From Squalus acanthias (lineage: Eukaryota), in NCBI GenBank assembly GCA_030390025.1, contig CM059432.1, forward strand, positions 150,228,001 to 150,292,000: a DNA stretch of 64,000 nt, in the 5' to 3' direction. Every line of letters starts with the position of its first letter. Position 1 is the first letter of the stretch. Positions 60,425-64,000 of the stretch are shown one piece after another. Under the pieces are notes generated by a model. The model had not been told where the DNA came from. It did no database searches and worked only from the letters and a program-made list of their open reading frames with translations. Both the position numbers and the translations under genes were made by a program.

Positions 60425-63400
60425 GCTGATCCCAGGGGGAAGGGGAAGAGCCAGAAGTCGTGGCCCATGTCGGAACCAACGACATAGGGATGAAGAGGAT
60501 TGACATCCTGCAGTCAGAGTTTAAGAGCTAGGGAGGAAGTTAAAAAGCAGGAACTCAAAGGTAGTAATCTCTGGATTACTCCCAGTGCCACGCGCGAGTG
60601 AGAGTAGAAATAGGAAGACATGGCAGGTTAATGCGTGGCTAGAGACATGGTGCAGGAGGGAGGGGTTCAGATTCCTGGGACATTGGGACCAGTTCTGTGG
60701 CAGGAGGGACTTGTTCAAGATGGACGGGTTGCACCTGAACAGAGCTGAGACCAATAACCTTCCAGGCAGGTTAACTAGTGCTGTGGAGGTGAGTTTAAAC
60801 TAATTCGCCAGGGGGTTGGGCACCAGGATGTAGTATTAAAAAGTAGAAACAAGGTGCGCAGAGGACTGGGAGAGACAGTTAGAGTTAGAAATAATACAGA
60901 ATTAGCCGGGATCATAGAAAATACAAAGTGGTCTAAGTTAGGTTTGGAATGCATGTGTGTAAATGCACAGAGTGTGGTTAATAAGGTTGGTGAGCTGCAG
61001 GCACAAATAGTCACGTGGGAATATGATGTAGTGGCGATAACTGAGACCTGGCTCAAAAAAGGGGAGGATTGGATTGTTAATGTTCCTGGGTACAAGCTAT
61101 TCAGGAAAGATAGGGAAGGAGAAAAAGGAGGGGTAGCAGTTTTGATTAAGGAAAATATTGCAGTGCTAGAAAGAGAGAATGTCCTTGAGGGGTCAAAGAC
61201 AGAATCCATTTGGTTGGAGTTGAGGAACAATAAAGGAGCTATTCTGCTAGTTGGTGTATTTTATAGCCCACGAAATAGTGGGAAGGAGACGGAGGAGCAG
61301 ATTTGCAAAGAAATTACTGAGAGGTGCAAGAACTATAGGGTAGTGATAATGGAAGACTTTATCTACCCCAATATTGAATGGGGCAGTGATTGTGTTGAGG
61401 GCAGAGAAGGGGAGGAATTTTTGAAGCATCTTCAGGAGAATTTTCTTGATCAGTATGTTTGCTGCCCAATGAGGAAGGAGGCATTGCTGGATCTAATTCT
61501 GGGGAATGAAGTGGGTCAAGTGGAGAATGTCACAGTTGGAGAGCATCTCAGGAATAGTATCATAAGGTTTTGATTAGTTATGGAGCAGGACAAGGAGAAA
61601 TCTAGAATAAAAATACTTAACTGGAGGAGGTCTAATTTCAGCGAATTGAGGAGGGATCTGGCCCAGGTACACTGGAGCCAAAGACTGGCAGGCAGAAATG
61701 TAATGGAGCAATGGGTGGCCGTTAAAGAGGAGATGGTTTGGGTACAGTCTAGGTACATTCCCACAAGGGGGAGAGGGAGGGCAACCAAAGCCAGAGCTCC
61801 CTGGATGACGAAGGAGTTGGAGAGTAGGATGAAGCAGAAAAAGGGGGCGTATGACAGATGTCAGCTTGATAATACAAGGGAGAATCAAGCTGAGTATAAA
61901 AAATACAGAGGAGAAGTGATAAATGAAATAAGAACATAAGAACATAAGAAATAGGAGCAGGAGTAGGCCAATCGGCCCCTCGAGCCTGCTCCGCCATTCA
62001 ATAAGATCATGGCTGATCTGATCCTAACCTCAAATCTAAAGAACACAAGAAGTAGGAGCAGGACCCGGCCACTCAGCCCCTGGGCCCGCTCCGCCACCCA
62101 CAGGGCCTTGACCGATCCGAACTCAGCCTCATGCCCAATTTCCTGCCCGCTCCCCGTAACCCCTAATTCCCTTTACTTCTAGGAAACTGTCTATTTCTGT
62201 TTTAAATTTAATTAATGATGTAGCTTCCACAGCTTCCTGGGGCAGCAAATTCCACAGACCTACTACCCTCTGATGAAGAAGTTTCTCCTCATTTCAGTTT
62301 TGAAAGAGCAGCCCCTTATTCTAAGATTATGCCCCCTAGTTCTAGTTTCACCCATCCTTGGGAACATCCTTACCGCATCCACCCGATCAAGCCCCTTCAC
62401 AATCTTATATGTTTCAATAAGATCGCCTCTCATTCTTCTGAACTCCAATGAGTAGAGTCCCAATCTACTCAACCTCTCCTCATATGTCCACCCCCTCATC
62501 CCCGGGATTAACCGAGTGAACCTTCTTTGTACTGCCTCGAGAGCAAGTATGTCTTTTCTTAAGTATGGACACCAAAACTGTATGCAGTATTCCAGGTGCG
62601 GTCTCACCAATACCTTATATAACTGCAGCAATACCTCCCTGTTTTTATAATCTATCCCCCTAGCAATAAAAGCCAACATTCTGTTGGCCTTCTTGATCAC
62701 CTGCTGCACCTGCATACTAAGTTTTTGATTTTCTTGCACTAGGACCCCCAGATCCCTTTGTACTTCAGTACTTTCCAGTTTCTCGCCATTAAGATAATAA
62801 CTTGCTCTCTGATTTTTCCTGCCAAAGTGCATAACCTCACATTTTCCAATATTGTATTGCATCTGCCAAATCTCCGCCCACTCACCCAGCCTGTCTATAT
62901 CCCCTTGTCGGTTTTTTATGTCCTCCTCACTTTCTACTTTCCCTCCCATCTTTGTATCATCTGCAAACTTTGATATGTTACACTCGGTCCCCTCCTCCAA
63001 ATCGTTAATATAGATTGTAAAGAGTTGGGGACCCAGCACCGACCCCTGCGGAACACCACTGGCTACTGGTTGCCAGTCCGAGAAGGAACCATTTATCCCA
63101 ACTCTCTGCTTCCTGTTAGATAACCAATCCTCCACCCATGCCAGAATATTACCCCCAATCCAGTGATTTTTTATCTTGAGCAATAATCTTTTATGTGGCA
63201 CCTTGTCGAATGCCTTCTGGAAGTCTAAATACACTACGTCCACTGGTTCCCCTTTATCCACCCTGTACGTTATGTCCTCAAAGAACTCAAGCAAATTTGT
63301 CAGACATGACTTCCCCTTCATAAAGCCATGCTGACTTTGTCCTATTAAATTATGTTTATCTAAATGTTCTGTTACTGTCTCCTCAATAATAGACTCCAAA

Positions 63401-64000
63401 ATTTTACCCACCACAGATGTTAGGCTAACTGGTCTATAATTTCCAGCCTTCTGCCTACTATCCTTTTTAAATAAGGGTGTTACATTAGCAGTTTTCCAAT
63501 CTGCCAGGACCTTTGCTGAGTCCAGGGAATTTTGGAAAATTATTACCAAAGCATCCACAATCCCTACTGCCACTTCCCTCAAGACCCTAGGATGTAAGCC
63601 ATCAGGTCCAGGGGATTTATCCGCCTTGAGTCCCATTATTTTACTGAGTACCAATTCCTTAGAGATTTTAATCGTATTTAGCTCCTCCCCCCCTAGAGCC
63701 CCCTGTTTGTAAATAAGAGAGGCAAAGAGACAGTACGAGCATAGATTGGTGGCTAACATAAAGGGGAATCCAAAAGGTCTTCTATAGGCATATTAACAGT
63801 AAAAGGGTTGTCAGAGGAGCGGTGAGGCCAATTAGGGACCAAAATGGAGAACTATTAGTGGAGGCAGAAGGCATGGCTGACATACTAAATGAGTATTTTG
63901 CATCGGTGTTTTCCAAGGAAGACGACTTTGCCAAAGCTATGGTAAACAAGGAGGTTGCTGGGATATTGGATGAGATAGGAATAGATAAAGAGGAAGTGCT
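60425..64000 (+). mobile_element. CR1 LINE (ORF1 esterase + ORF2 endonuclease), pieces 60425-61933 and 63711-64000
   Basis: HVGTND, DGLHLN; VNAQS, AITETW; reading EVINEIR continues as EAKRQYEHRL after the nested insertion. Confidence 0.9.
61934..63710 (-). mobile_element. 5'-truncated young CR1 nested in the preceding CR1
   Basis: Open RT frame of about 480 aa; 8-bp target duplication aaataaga (61926-61933, 63711-63718). Confidence 0.93.

Overview
Vertebrate genomic DNA, most likely from a cartilaginous fish (inferred from the CR1, V-SINE, Deu-SINE and Penelope repeat content). The whole window lies inside one minus-strand gene, ARPP21 (R3H + SUZ RNA-binding protein). Eleven internal coding exons (60322 down to 20341, 1553 nt, all GT-AG, phases consistent) splice into one open frame. 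The following intron runs off the left edge and contains the miR-128-2 hairpin (about 18293-18363). The introns are rich in mobile DNA: several CR1-group LINEs (one almost intact), a roughly 4.2 kb decayed PIF/Harbinger transposon plus many Harbinger-type MITEs with 3-bp target duplications, tRNA-derived SINEs, and three Penelope-like fold-back insertions with 12-14 bp target duplications that each carry minimal hammerhead ribozyme motifs. The most striking structures are: a perfect 98+1+98 bp palindrome encoding a hammerhead on both strands; a hammerhead-bearing inverted repeat just upstream of miR-128-2; inverted MITE copies bracketing a single in-frame exon; a Harbinger remnant fused to an exon donor site; and a LINE with a twin-priming-like 5' inversion. 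All calls come from reading the sequence by eye; no database searches were run.
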